From Rhina ancylostomus (taxonomy: Eukaryota), in NCBI GenBank assembly GCA_030265395.1, contig JARFYF010000104.1, positions 25,542,012 to 25,606,011 on the forward strand: a stretch of DNA of 64,000 nt. Reading direction: 5' to 3'. Under the pieces are notes generated by a model. The model saw only the letters and a list, made by a program, of their open reading frames with translations, did no database searches and had not been told where the DNA came from. How positions within the stretch are numbered: the stretch's first letter is position 1; each line of letters begins with the position of its first letter. Both the position numbers and the translations under genes were made by a program. Below are positions 1 to 12,420 of the stretch, piece after piece.

Positions 1-99
1 ATGTGCTGGACAACAAGGCATTAATGGAGCCAAATTGAGGACCAGAACTTAGAACCATGACAACAGTTGTGATGCAGGAGGAATCACACACTGCTGATT

Positions 100-1110
100 G
101 TATGTTGTGAGCATATTGCTGGTGCTAAGCAGATTACTGTAAAAAATTCAGAGGGATAGCATAAATCAGCATTTAGAGAAACAGAGGTTATTCAAGGACA
201 GTTAATGTGAATAAATTAAGGAAAATTATATCCATCTATGTTGACTGAACTGTTTGAGAAGGCAACAAGGAAGGCTAGCACATCTGATGTAGTTTACTTG
301 GAGTTTAGCAAGGCACTTAGCAAGATTGCTCAAAAATGTAAAAACCCATGGGATCCAAAAATAGTGGCAGGTTGGATTAAACGTGGCTCTGAGGGATAAA
401 GAGAAAGCTAATAGTCAATGGTAGTCTTGGAGACTAGAGCAGTGGGGTTTTGCAGAGCTCAGTACCAGGAGCCTTTCTTTGTGAGGTATATGTTAATGAT
501 TTAGATTTAAATAAAGGGTCATAAATAAAATGTTTTCCAGTGACATCAAAACTGGCAGTTCAGTTGATAGTGAAAAGTAGAGTTGTAGGCTGCAGGGTGA
601 AATTAGTGGACACAAAAGTAGCAAGTGAAAGTCATTTGAGAGGAGGGTGAGATAATACATCTGGGGAGGACAAACAAGGCCAGGGAAGCATCCTAAATGA
701 TAGGAAAGGAGGTTGACTAGGCTGGCATTGTTTACTATGCAACATTGGAAACAAATGGCTTTGTAAAATGATGAGAGACCTGATGGAATGAATAGCACAG
801 ATCAATTTCCCTTAGCAGAACTGTTTATAATTTGGGAGCATAGAAATCCATTAATTAATGGAAGGATTAGAGCTAAACTGAACAAAAATTATTTCATCCA
901 AAGACCTGTGGGGATCTGGAACTCACTGTTTGTAAGGCTGGTGGAGGGATAATTTCTCATTGCATATAAAAGGATGAACAGTTGTAGAGCCATTACCTAC
1001 AAGAGTGGACGGTAAGGTGACAAGTGGGAGTAATCTAAATGGCTCTCTTTATTCATTTTTATTCAGTATCAATTTATTGGTTTAACAGCTACTTCCACAC
1101 CTTAAATGTT
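100..1110 (+). mobile_element. Decayed CR1-clade LINE, RT domain and 3' end
   Basis: Degenerate CR1 ORF2 motifs in order: DVVYLEFSKA (~286-315), a PQGSVLGP-like remnant (~452-473), an FADDTK-like remnant (~533-555) and IWNSL (~914-930). Many stops and frameshifts. Confidence 0.8.
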
Positions 1111-3099
1111 TATGGTTCTTTGATTACTTTTAAGCAGGAGTTGAGTTCACATATAATTTGTACATCATGATTAAAATTTGTGAATCATATCTGAAGAAAG
1201 TTCCGCAATGATCAGATCAGAGCTTTGTGATATTGATTAAGGTTAAACAGTTCTTTCAACACATAAACATTGAATATAATTTATTCTAAATGTGTGTAGA
1301 GAATTAGGTATATCCAAGAAGATTATTCAACGCGGCTTTGTGGGCCGAAGGTCCTGAATTGTGCTGTAGTTTTTCTATGTTTCTATTATCACTAACTTGA
1401 GGGTCCTATTAGAGGAAACTGTATTTAAACTAACAGCCAAGTCAAGAAATATTTCCACCAAATTTCAAATGAAAACACATAATGTTTTTCTGAATTATTT
1501 CCATTTATGAGATGTGCACTTTGGTTCACGTGTATCTGCTTAAAATCCATAAAATTGGAATCATTTCCTGGTAGTCTTATAAATACTTGATTTATGTGCA
1601 AATTTTACAAGGTTTGAAATGAAAACTAAAGTAAGTCTCAAAGATTATTTTCTTATGTTTTATGAATACCTTGAGTACTGAATAGAAGTTAAAATATTGG
1701 AGAGAAAGAATGCAAATTCCTAATTTGTAAAAATTCTGATCAAAATCTATTCACATTCTTGATTCATATTTGCAGCAACTTGGTGCAAGTTTCTGAAGGT
1801 ACCATGTGCCATTTTGAAAGTGCACAAATGATATTATTGTTCTCCACAGCAGTTCCTAATGTAACCCTAGGCTGTGTTCAATGATTGGTAATAAATAGTG
1901 AGTAACAAACACATGTTACATACATTTCAAGGAGGAAGTGAACAATTAAGTATGAATTTTAATACCGTAGATGGCTGTTGGTTAGATGTGTACAAGCTAA
2001 GCATTTCCATTCCTTTTCTCTGATATGTTATAAAATCAGTATTCAAGGTATTCATAAAACTCAGGAAAATAAGTTCAGAATTACCTCATTCTTCTTTTCA
2101 AGTGTTGTAAAAATTGCAAGTAAATCAAGTACTTACGTCTATCAGGAAATGATTCAGAATATTATGGAATTTAAACAGATCTGATGGAGCTAATTTGGTA
2201 CCACATCCTGTGGACTAAAATATGTCTTTTCTTAATGGGATAAATATCTCCATGCTCAGTTGGCTGTGAGGATCTAGTAATAAAATGAGTCTGGAAAACC
2301 TCAAATTAGTTGTGTCAATCTTCTCCCCTCCTAAGGGCATTGACTGCCACTGAGCAACATAATGTAGGTACCAGGCATAATTCACAACCTCATCCAAACA
2401 GCTGTTCTTCAAATGTCATTTTGTGATAGGGAATTTTGTGGCTCATCACAGCGGAGGTTCCACACCAGGCATCCACATACATCCTTTTTCCAGCAAAGTT
2501 CTCTGGATAGCATCAAGACTCGGGTCATCTTCACCTTTATGGTGCTCTAACGGTCACATGGATGGACATTAACTAACTCAATGCACATGAAAATCCCAGA
2601 TGGGAGATGATGGCTTGTCTGGCTTAGATTTACATTCCCTTCCAGTAATAAGGCACAGGGCAGATAAGACCTTGACTACTTTTAGATATTTCTGTGCCAC
2701 AATTTTGGGGATTANNNNNNNNNNTTCAGGGCAATAAAATATCTCCAGGACTATCTAGACTATTTATTTCCCCAACAACTTTTTCCTGCATCAGTCAAAA
2801 GGACTGAGACCATCTGTGGTAAATTTCCATTTTCAATAGCTTTCACTCAACTGTCTACAGTATTTTTCATGTATATATCTAGGTGATCTTAATATAGCCT
2901 GTTTGGTTTCCCAGCTCTCCTGTGTAAGTGTGGACAATTCCATTTAAATGTTGCTATTTTCTAGCACTAGTTTCTGGAAATATAACAATAAAATGTGTTT
3001 TGAGCTACGATCAAAAAGTACCATCTTCAAATGCAGTATTCCCTGCCTTTTGCCCCTTTGAAGAAGAGCTAATTTAGCACAAATTTCTAAATGAAAGTG

Positions 3100-3512
3100 T
3101 CAGTTTTGGCTCAGTGATAGCATTGTTGCCTCAAAAGGAAGGGTTCAACCTCCATTCTTGACTTGAACATGTAATCCGTACTGAGAATAGTGCAGTAGAG
3201 AGAGAATGCTGCACTGTCAACAGAGCATCCATTGAATCAGACTTTAATTCTGGACTGTGTCTGCTCTCTCAGATGAATATAAACACTTCCATAGAATATT
3301 ATAAAAAGAGCACACTAGATTCCCAGAACAATATTTATTCCTCAACAAGTACCACTAAATAGATCAATTTGTTGTTTTCTTATTACATTTTTGAAAATTA
3401 TGCATCATATTTCCTGCATTAAAACTGCAATGGAACATTAACAGTATTAATTGACCATAAAGCACTTTGAAACATTCTGAGGTTGCTAAAAGTACCATAT
3501 AAATACAAGGTT
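3100..3512 (+). mobile_element. Deu-domain SINE (SacSINE1/AmnSINE1-like), old, near full length
   Basis: tRNA-like head (ggctcagtgatagc...gggttcaacc), Deu-like core (gaatgctgcactgtc...ctgctctctcagatgaatataaa...aatatttattcctcaac) and tail (taaagcactttgaaacattctgaggtt...atataaatacaag) match the recalled consensus. Confidence 0.75.
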
Positions 3513-6064
3513 TCAATTTTTTACTCTTTCAAATCTGGATCTACTTGCTCCAGAAAAAGTCAGTGCAATAGAATTCCCATGTCAACCCAAGTCCTTCAGA
3601 TAAAATTAAACTTTGTACCACTCTGAAATTATGTACCACTCCGATACTTCCTTAAACTTTCTACTTAAATTCATTGACNNNGGCGATATAATCCTGCAAG
3701 TGAAGTGCTGCTTTTACCTTATTTATGAATACCTTTGAGTATTAAGCCATGTTTGGAATACGTTAAAGAAAGTTGTACCTAAACATAATAGTTGACAGCT
3801 GTAGAATCAACCATGTGTAGGCAAGAGGGATATAGTATAACCAGAAGTTCAGCTGATGGACAAACATATGGATACTGTGTAGTTGTACAGGATACAATAT
3901 CAAAGGACTTTCAAGTCTTGAAATCAGAGTTAATGTCCTCCATCTTTGTGTTATTTGGCAATTTGTTCTTTGATTCTATTGTAATAATTTGCTGGTCACG
4001 GAACTTAAAAAGGAACATTGTGATGACTATTTCACATTGACAGAAGAGGTAGAAAAAGGGTGGACAGAATTATAGTCAGTCACATTATGGAAGGATAGGT
4101 TAACCAAATGGAATCCCATTCCTATGTTCTGGCATAAAGCCAAGGAAACTGTTACTTTTCACAATCTTTCTTTTCTGATTGATGTTTCTGCTCGTTTAAC
4201 TTCTGTTTAATTTGTTGAGATGTTTATTTGTTTAGTCCTATAATAACATTATCTGTGGGATTACAGCCACACTGGGAGGATTAGGAATTCCCGAAGGAGA
4301 ACCAGTATTCATTACTCTGACAATAACAAGTAACATAAATCAAGAACTGCTTTTTACTTTGTATAATACTAAAGGCATTGTTAGTGTCTTGGCTGAGCAG
4401 ATACTGTTTATAATAAAATAATTGGACCTGTTGCAAAAATTGTTGAAAAGTTCAATTTCAAGAACACATAATTAAAGTAATGAAGCAGATTTATACCAGC
4501 TTCAGTTTGTAAAGATGATAAAAGATGACTAGATTAATACCAATGTCTGGTTCTTTTCTAGTGGTGTATGAGATTTCAACAGAGAGTACACATTAACTAA
4601 ATGCCTTAATACTTTTAACTTTCTTAATCTAGGCTGTGATATGTTTTGCCATATCAATTACATCAAACAATTACACGAATCATCTTAAACAGCTTCATTA
4701 TTTAACATATATGTGACATTGAACTTTCAGTTAAAGATAGCATATTATATCTAAACATAATTGCATTTTGCCCATAAATTGGATTTCGCCTATTTTTGAC
4801 GTGCATGTAGCCGTAATGCTTGGGTGGATCACCCACAAAAAAGTTGCATATTCCTTATTTGGTATTGTTGTACAGCTGAACCAGTGATGAGCTGGTAAAA
4901 TTAATCGCATATGCATTTCTCTTCTGTTCCTCGCTCATTGCAAATCATTTGATAAACAATACAGCCTGTCACATATTTTCTTGTGCCATTACATAAATGT
5001 TAGTTTTGAGAATAAATTTACATCTATAAAGCTTTCGCTACTATTTGATCCATGAAGTTTACAGTTTTAAGAATTCAGAGCTTTATTTATTTTGCCTAAA
5101 GTGTTCTCTCATTGTACTAAGGAGACCAGCCACACAAGCATATGTGATGTTGTGTATTGCAATATGGCTGTGAACTTGAGTCAGATTTTCTTGGAAACTC
5201 TTTAACCTGATGAACTATATCAAATGTAGCAGTACCACACTGGGTATGATGGGCATCGGTGATTCGCATGTAACAAGCTTGGGAATACAATCGTGATTTA
5301 GGAGAAATTTATCCTTTTCTGAAGGTGAAAATAGATTTTAACTCAAATAATGACAAATAATTTTCCTTCCTTATCCCTGCTGTTGAGAAAAAAACTGTAT
5401 GTCTTCTCACATGATCCTTGCTACACTCACTAAGATTAATGAATTTAACATAGGCCAGTGACTGAGTCCAGAGTCTGTGCTACAGAGCTGAAACATGCAA
5501 TTTGCTGAACGATCATCGGAGTTCTCTTAGTCACAAATCACCATTACCCTTACACACTACCCTCAACTCTGGTACATTCAAGTCTTGCTAAATTACGCTT
5601 CCCATTCAAAATAACTGGAATCAAAGGGAATAATGTGTTGGGAAGATGAGACTGAGTTCCCTCCCTCACACTTTCTTTGTCATTCCATCATCAGGAGCAA
5701 TTTCCATTATTGCTACCAGCCAAGTAGTACAAACTTCCTGATTCTTAATGTTTCAGCTGCCTAAACACTCAGGCCACATTATAGGACTACAAAGTGCTAA
5801 TTTTATTTCACTACTGCAGGTATCAATGAGGTTGCAATTTCAATTGCAAGTAGTTAACACAGATTTTTAGTATGATTTGCACTACTCAGTAAACTGGGCA
5901 GTGCAGTAGTGCATGTACTCCAGAAGTATGCAGGGTTGACAGATGGTGACATCAAACCTCATTAATCACTGAACTGACATTTATCCTGCTAACCTGGACT
6001 ATGTTAACAAGGATATCACCATGAATGAATCACTTTTGGGAAATCTGGCATTTAGCCTGGCTTG

Positions 6065-6190
6065 GATAGGTAAGGTATAGAGGGATAAGGTCCAAATACA
6101 GACAAATGGGACTCTCTCAGGAAGGCACTTTAGTCAGCATGGGTGGAGTCGAAGGGCCTGTTTCTGTGCTGTATAACTCTATGACTCTAC
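6065..6190 (+). mobile_element. CR1 LINE 3' tail fragment
   Basis: ggataggtaaggtatagagggata...gaagggcctgtttctgtgctgtataactctatgactcta is the common elasmobranch CR1 3' end. Confidence 0.75.
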
Positions 6191-7099
6191 AACAACAGGG
6201 AGAGATCCTGCATCACACCAAAACCTGGGATATTTAAAGGGATCCTTAATTACTTATTTGCAGGTTTGACAATAGAGTCCAATCAATAAGGATGTTTCTA
6301 AGGTCATCCATCTCTAGGGAAGTAAATTGATTGACTTGGATGAGCGGATCCTGACCACAATGGTCCCAGCCCCAAGTGCCCACCTCTGATGACAATATGT
6401 CCTGTTGCCCACAGCAGGTGAGTGATGGCTGGCTCTCCCCCCTCCTCCCCCACTGGTCTACACTCCCAAGCTGAGGGAAAATCTGTTCCAAACTGGCATA
6501 AGTAGTTGAAGCAGATCTTCTGACTGGGAACCACTACTTTAAGAGTTCCTGCCATGGTGGGAGATCAGTCAACAAAGATCTTGATCAGTGTCCAGTGTTG
6601 CTGCAAACATTAACTTCTACATGAGGTGATAATGAGATGCTGTAAGAAGCTTCATTGGAACCTTTCAAGGAGATAATGAATAATTCAGAAAGGGCATTTT
6701 TCAATTGCAAATTGTTGATAATGTTTTTCCAATGATAGCCAAAGAGATGGCCAGGACCCCTGTAAAGTTGCTCCTTTGGAGCAAGTGTATGAATATACCA
6801 TTACCCAATGGACAAACTTGGAGATGGGAGTGAATAAGAAGATCAGACCATTATTGAGGAATTGGCAGGAGAACTTGGTAGTCAAGTGGTTGCTACAGCA
6901 AGGTGATTCCAAAACCCTGGCAGGCATGCATACTGGAGGATGCCCAAACATAGCATATGCAAATAGCCCACATTAAAAGAAATGACAGAGGTTTTGTGAA
7001 TTAGGCTAGGATTTATCAGGACATTGAAAGTCTGCTTAAGTTCCATTTGGTTCATCAGTCTATTCATGGGACACTGGGAAAGCAATTAAGAGTTCGCTA

Positions 7100-7350
7100 C
7101 ATTGGTGGGTCAGGAGTCACACATAAAACAGATCAGGTAAATGTGGCAGATTTCCATCCCAGAAGGGAATGAATGAACTAGGCAAGTTTAAATAACTACC
7201 TTCTAGATCATGGTTACCTTTACTGAGCTTGTTTTTGTTTTAAAAAATCCAGATTTATTTATTTACTTGAATTTAAATTGTTCACCTTCCATGGTGAGAT
7301 TTGAACTCATGCTTCTGGATCAGTGATCCATAACTCTGACAACTGGTCCA
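7100..7350 (-). mobile_element. Elasmobranch tRNA-derived SINE, decayed
   Basis: Reverse-complement similarity to the copies at 33130-33490 and 41990-42280; B-box-like gagttcaaatctcacc on the minus strand. Confidence 0.6.
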
Positions 7351-7354
7351 GTAT

Positions 7355-7630
7355 CCCTGCTGCTGGAGGCCACATCTGCCCATGCCTGTAAGGAAAACAC
7401 CCAGTGGCCAGCTCATCCCTTCCAGAAGTTGCATGTTGATTGTAGGATGTGTGCCTCCACAGAATGGACCTTTGAGGCTCTGAAGACAATTTCTGCAAAC
7501 CATGGCGTACCTGAAGAATTGGTCTTTGAAAATGGTTCTCGGTTCAGGTCAGAACAGTTTGTTAGCTCCTGCACTCCAATGGGATCTAACAGCATCCCCA
7601 TGCCATCCAATGGGGAACCTGAATAATCGA
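7355..7630 (+). mobile_element. Gypsy-type LTR retrotransposon integrase remnant
   Basis: WP..PFQKLHVD followed by ORF 7429-7626 LKTISANHGVPEELVFENGSRFRSEQF...SNGEPE, matching the rve core (F..HGLPE.LVSDNG.QF.S.EF...SNG.AE) with the catalytic Asp lost. Confidence 0.75.
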
Positions 7631-9029
7631 TCTGTAATGAAGCAATTGTTTTTAGTCAAGGGATCCAAGCAGTCTGCTTAGGTGCAGGAACACCCCTTGT
7701 TCCAGCTCATGATATTCCTCAGCTGAGATGCTGAAGGGATGATAGTTGCACACATGGGTGAAAGTGCAGCCCAAATCTGAAGAAGAGGAGATGAAAAAGA
7801 GGAGCCAGGAGTGACAGAAGCCACAAGGGCAGGAGAGATGGTTTCTACCTGGCTTCCAAAACCTTTGGAATAACTTCCACCAGAGCCTAGAGGCAATGAG
7901 CACTTCTGATTTAAGAGGTTCTGACATAGCCTTAGTCAGCTCGAGCTAGTTTGAACTGGTGCTAGCCACTCATGAAATTGCTCTCCGTGGGCATGCACTG
8001 ATGCAAGAAGCAGTTTGTTTGATGACAGCTGGGTGCTACAATCCTGAAAATGAGGTGGGAGCATGAACTTTATGTGTTTCTGCGCTAGGTCAAATAGGCG
8101 CAGGCTGAATGTGCACCAGGGTTTCGGCACAAATTTTCCAGCGTTATCCAATTTCTCTCTCTGCCCTTCTTCATCGGAGGTCAAAGCAACTTCCACATGA
8201 CACCAAAATGCAATTTTGCTGCCCCGTCTTTGTTTTGACACATTTACAAGTTAACATTTTCCTTTAATTGTGACTGGTTTATGTGTCTGCATTTTTACCT
8301 GTGGAGAAAAAATGTGCATGCCATCTGCTTTTGGTTACAGCGTTGCATCTTAAGCTTTTTACAACCTACATATGGTCTGCTTGACTGACTGTAATGATCA
8401 CGTCGTAACAGAGGGTATCGCCCATGAACTCCTGCAACAGTAATGGCTTTGGATGCAGATGTTCACCAAAACATGTTCTGGATTTTGCAGGATAGATCAA
8501 CACAACTTTGCCTATGTTTCCCTCCATAGTTGTCTTCCTCTTTGGAATTTCCAAGTGAGTACGGAAGCCTGGGCTGCTGAGTGAAGAAGACTCCCCATTC
8601 TGCAATTGCATCCGCTAGCTCAGACACAAGCAAATCACATTGTGGAGGATGGTTAAGTTGTGGTTTAGACATGGCAAGTCACAAATGGTCTCCCAGTAAG
8701 GAATTGGGTCAGAGTACTTCATATCCAGGAGGATGCAGTGGTTTTGCCACTCTCACCATATGTNNNNNNNNNTCCTCACTGAATGCAATTAATTTTTTTA
8801 TGTTTAAGTATTTCTAATTTTTAAGAACTTTATATTTTTAATGTTTCAATAGTATTTAATAGATTTTAGTTTTTTGTGTTTCTAAGGATTATTCAAGTTC
8901 AGGCTATTTAGGTTTTTCTGTTTTTTGTGGGTAAACCTTGTTCTCCACTGCATTCCACTGACCACGTGTGTCCATTAGTACAGAGTACGGTATTGTTATG
9001 CTCGTCATGAGAGATGACACAGTGTTTTT

Positions 9030-9343
9030 CTGCAAGGTAGTGTAGAAGTTAGCGTAACGCTTTTACAGCGCCAGCAATCTGGGTTCAATTCCGGCTGCTG
9101 TCTGCAAGAGGTTTGTACGTTCTCCCCGTGTCTGCGTGGGTTTCCTCTGGGTGATATGGTTTCCTTGCACATTCCAAAGACATACATGTTAGGAGCTGTG
9201 GGCATGCTATATTGGCACCAGAAGAGTGGCGGCACTTGCAGACTGCCCCCAGCACATTCTTAGTAACACAAAAAGACGCATTTGACTGTGTGTTTCTATG
9301 TACATGTGACTAATAAAGAAATCTTATCTTATCTCTTATCTTA
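9030..9343 (+). mobile_element. V-SINE (HE1-like), full length, (ATCTT)n tail
   Basis: tRNA head with B box gggttcaattcc, V-domain gtttgtacgttctccccgtgtctgcgtgggtttcctc, 3' taataaag plus atcttatcttatctcttatctta. Confidence 0.9.
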
Positions 9344-9599
9344 AGTTCCTGCCAGAAGAGCAACAGGAGCAATGTGTGAAACTTTCTAGTAAATCCATTG
9401 TAAGTGCAGGCACTTCACTGCTTGCTACAAGCTCTGGGCCAGTATTCCTTTGATGGATGGAGTGAGGGGGAGGTTGAAGGTTGGGATCCTTCCTTCAAGT
9501 TGATTTCTCAAATTATTAAATCAATTTTCCAGCATTCTGGAGCAGATCCTGTTCTGTGGAATTCTGCTCCATAATGCCTATTGCTTGGTCACTATTGTA

Positions 9600-10050
9600 G
9601 CTGATGTGCTTTCAATGCATGCCAATTGCCAAATGATCACATGGATTCAATAGGTTCTCGGGCTTCTCATTAGCGCAGGGTGTTATCACGTGCTGACATC
9701 ATGTTAGAATACCACATTTGAACCTTGGTGTGTTCTACGATGTAATAGGCTTTCGCTCATTCTGTAATTGTTCCATGACCATACCCAAAAGATCTTGATG
9801 ATCACTGCCTGATGCCTAGCAACAGTCATGATGCTTTTTTGTTTTATGGCATTTTGTTCTGCCCTCCATCTTTGAGCCACCACATCAGGCCAAAGGGTAG
9901 TTACTTGGAGACAAGGGATTTCTTCTGATTGGCTGCTTAACTTAACTATGAAACCCAGTACAGAATTTGCCCATAAGTAGAGCTTTGCTGCAATTTGCAG
10001 ACTCACTAAGCTGACTCGAACAATGCATCAGCTGCCTGGAAGTCAAGCAG
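9600..10050 (+). mobile_element. Probable PIF/Harbinger transposase (HARBI1-like) remnant
   Basis: cctagcaacagtcatgatgctttt translates PSNSHDAF (cf. PGS.HDAFIL), preceded by a GF.S....V.DHTQKI-like stretch; heavily decayed. Confidence 0.45.
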
Positions 10051-10243
10051 TTCGCCAATGTTGTATGCTCCACACACTGGAAAAATCGTAGTCCTATCAT
10101 CGGCCGTTGAGTGCAATCCAGGTGGTGGAGCAGGAGAAGGAAGAAAACAGGAGGTAATTTAGGGAATCAACTTCTGGCTGGGCTGTCTGTGATCAACTAA
10201 TCAGACTATAACTTCACTGACCACAATTCCAATTCACAATTAC

Positions 10244-10351
10244 ACAATTCTGAACACAGTATACAAGATTGGATAAGATAAGATATTTATTTATTTGTCA
10301 CATGTACATCGAAACACACTGTGAAATACATCTTTCTGCATTGCTAAGAAT
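10244..10351 (-). mobile_element. Truncated V-SINE 3' end with ~22 bp of extra flank, between 12-bp direct repeats
   Basis: SINE tail at ~10272-10351 homologous to ~11493-11572; direct repeat attcacaattac at 10232-10243 and 10352-10363. Confidence 0.75.
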
Positions 10352-10469
10352 ATTCACAATTACTCTCTTGGTGTTCATTTGCAATGAAGGCTTTGTATTG
10401 TGGCAGCCTAATTTCAGCACCATCTTTACACTGCCATATAGATCATGGCAATGATGGAATAAAATCAAC

Positions 10470-11000
10470 AACAGAATGGTTAAACAGGCCCTTTGACCCA
10501 CAATATCTATGCTGACCATCAAGTACTTATCTATACTAATCCCATTTAGGAGCATGTGGTCCATAGCCTACTGTGCCTTGTGTTATGTACTAGCAACAAC
10601 AGAAACACACCAAGACATGTACAAGTATTAAAAACTACTTTATTAATAACTGCTTATGATAATAAGTAAAATAAAAGTAAAAATGTTAGAATGTTAGAAG
10701 TAAANNNNNNNNNNNNNNNNNNNNNNNNNNNNNNNNNNNNNNNNNNNNNNNNNNNNNNNNNNNNCCATGGGGAAAAGTTTCTTATTATCTACCCTATGTC
10801 TCTCATAATTTTGCACACATATATCCCCTCAGCCTCCTCTACTCCAATGAAAACAAACCCAGCCTATCCAGTCTCTCCTCATGGATGAAATGTTCCATCC
10901 CAGGCAACATCCTAGTCAACCTCCTCTGTATCCTCCCCAGTGGAATAACGTTGTTCCTAGAGTGTGCTGATCAGAAATGCACACAGTATTTCAGCTGTGA
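10470..11000 (-). mobile_element. CR1 3' region, interrupted by an LTR-like insert (from ~10581, tgttatg...) and an N gap
   Basis: acaggccctttgacccacaatatctatgctgacc and tctaccctatgtctctcataattttg...ccaggcaacatcctagtcaacctcctctg are reverse-complement CR1 3' sequence. Confidence 0.7.
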
Positions 11001-11089
11001 CTAACTGCCATCTAGCTAATTATAACTGATTCATCTTGACGAGTATAAATAGAAGAAGATGTATAAAGGCAGAAAAAATAAACAACTAC

Positions 11090-12420
11090 CACATGCTGGA
11101 ACTATGTGAGCCAGAACACAAGCAATTGCTGGCAATCTGAAATATGCAAAAAAAATCAGTGTCTGTGGAGACTGAAAAACTGAGTTAATGTTACATATGG
11201 ATGACCTTAACCAGAAATGGCCAGCTTTGATGCATATAGGAAAGGCAGGTTATCTGAAATTCAGCATTGGGCCACAGCATGCCTATTGGAAGAGTTTACG
11301 TTGGGCTTCACTGGAAAGTGTGGAAGGCCAAAGGAGTGGGATGGAGAATTAAGGTGAAAGGCAACTGGAAGCTCAAGGTCACCCTTGTGAACTGAATGAA
11401 GATCTTCTGCAAAGTGATCACCCAATCTACTTTGGGGTTTTCCAATATAAAGAAGGCAATATTGGGAACACTGAACACAGTATACAAGATTGGATAAGAT
11501 AAGATAATTATTTATTCATCACATGCACAGAAACACGCAGTGAAATATGTCTTTTTGCATTGCCAGGAATATGCTAGGGGCAGCCTGCAAGTGTCACTAC
11601 TCTTCCGGCGCCAACATAGCATGCCCACAGCTCCTAACCTGTACATCTTTGGAATGTGGGAGGAAACTGGAGCACCNNNNNNNNNNNNNNNNNNNNNNNN
11701 NNNNNNNNNNNNNNNNNNNNNNNNNNNNNNNNNNNNNNNNNNNNNNNNNNNNNNNNNNNNNNNNNNNNNNNNNNNNGCTCCTAACCTGTACATCTTTGGA
11801 ATGTGGGAGGAAACTGGAGCACCCAGAGGAAACCCATGCAGACACAGGGAGAATGTACAAACTCTTTACAGTCAGCAGCTGGAATTGAACCCAGTTCGCT
11901 GGTGCTGTAATAGCATTATGCTAACCGCTGTGCTCACTGCTTCAGCTGGAAGTCCTGTTGGAGTCTTTGAATGGTGATTGCATCTCCTACAGTTGCCGGT
12001 GTTGCATCCCCTCCAGTTGCATGGGAAAGTGAAGTGACAACAGGAGTGGTTGGTGGAAGGACAAACCCAGGAGTGAACGCCCCCTCTGAAATGCTGAGTG
12101 AGGTAAGTTGGTGGCACTCATTGAAGATGGTGGAAGTTACAGAATGTGATGTGTTGAATGTGGAGGCTTGTGGGGTGTAAGATAGGATTAGAAGAACCTT
12201 ATCCTTGCTCTGGATCAGAGGAGACAGGTAGGGAGCAGAAGTTTAAGAAGTAAGCAAGACATGGTTGAGAACTTGTCAATCATGTTCGGGAGGAAAAAAG
12301 AAGGCACCTATGAAGCACTGGAAAGTCTCATTAATCAGAACAGATAGGACAGAGCCTGAGACACTGCGCACATGTAAGGAAGGTTAGAGGAGGTGGAGCT
12401 GAGATAACTGTGGAGCTAGC
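11090..12420 (-). mobile_element. Penelope-like element remnant (GIY-YIG end), split by a V-SINE
   Basis: Minus strand ~11490-11335 reads NLVYCVQCSQYCLLYIGKPQSRLGDHFAEDLHSVHKGDLELPVAFHLNSPSHS, a GIY-YIG endonuclease motif; homology resumes after ~11940. Confidence 0.8.
11493..11940 (-). mobile_element. V-SINE (same family as 9030-9343), spanning an assembly gap
   Basis: (AAGAT)n tail, reverse V-domain ggaaactggagcacccagaggaaacccatgcagacacagggagaatgtacaaac, reverse B box ggaattgaaccc. Confidence 0.9.

Noticed and set aside
9030-9095. tRNA-like A/B boxes
   Set aside because: SINE head; no complete cloverleaf.
11628-11825. Identical ~47-bp direct repeat on either side of an N gap inside the V-SINE
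   Set aside because: Typical overlapping contig ends from scaffolding; the SINE consensus is continuous without it.
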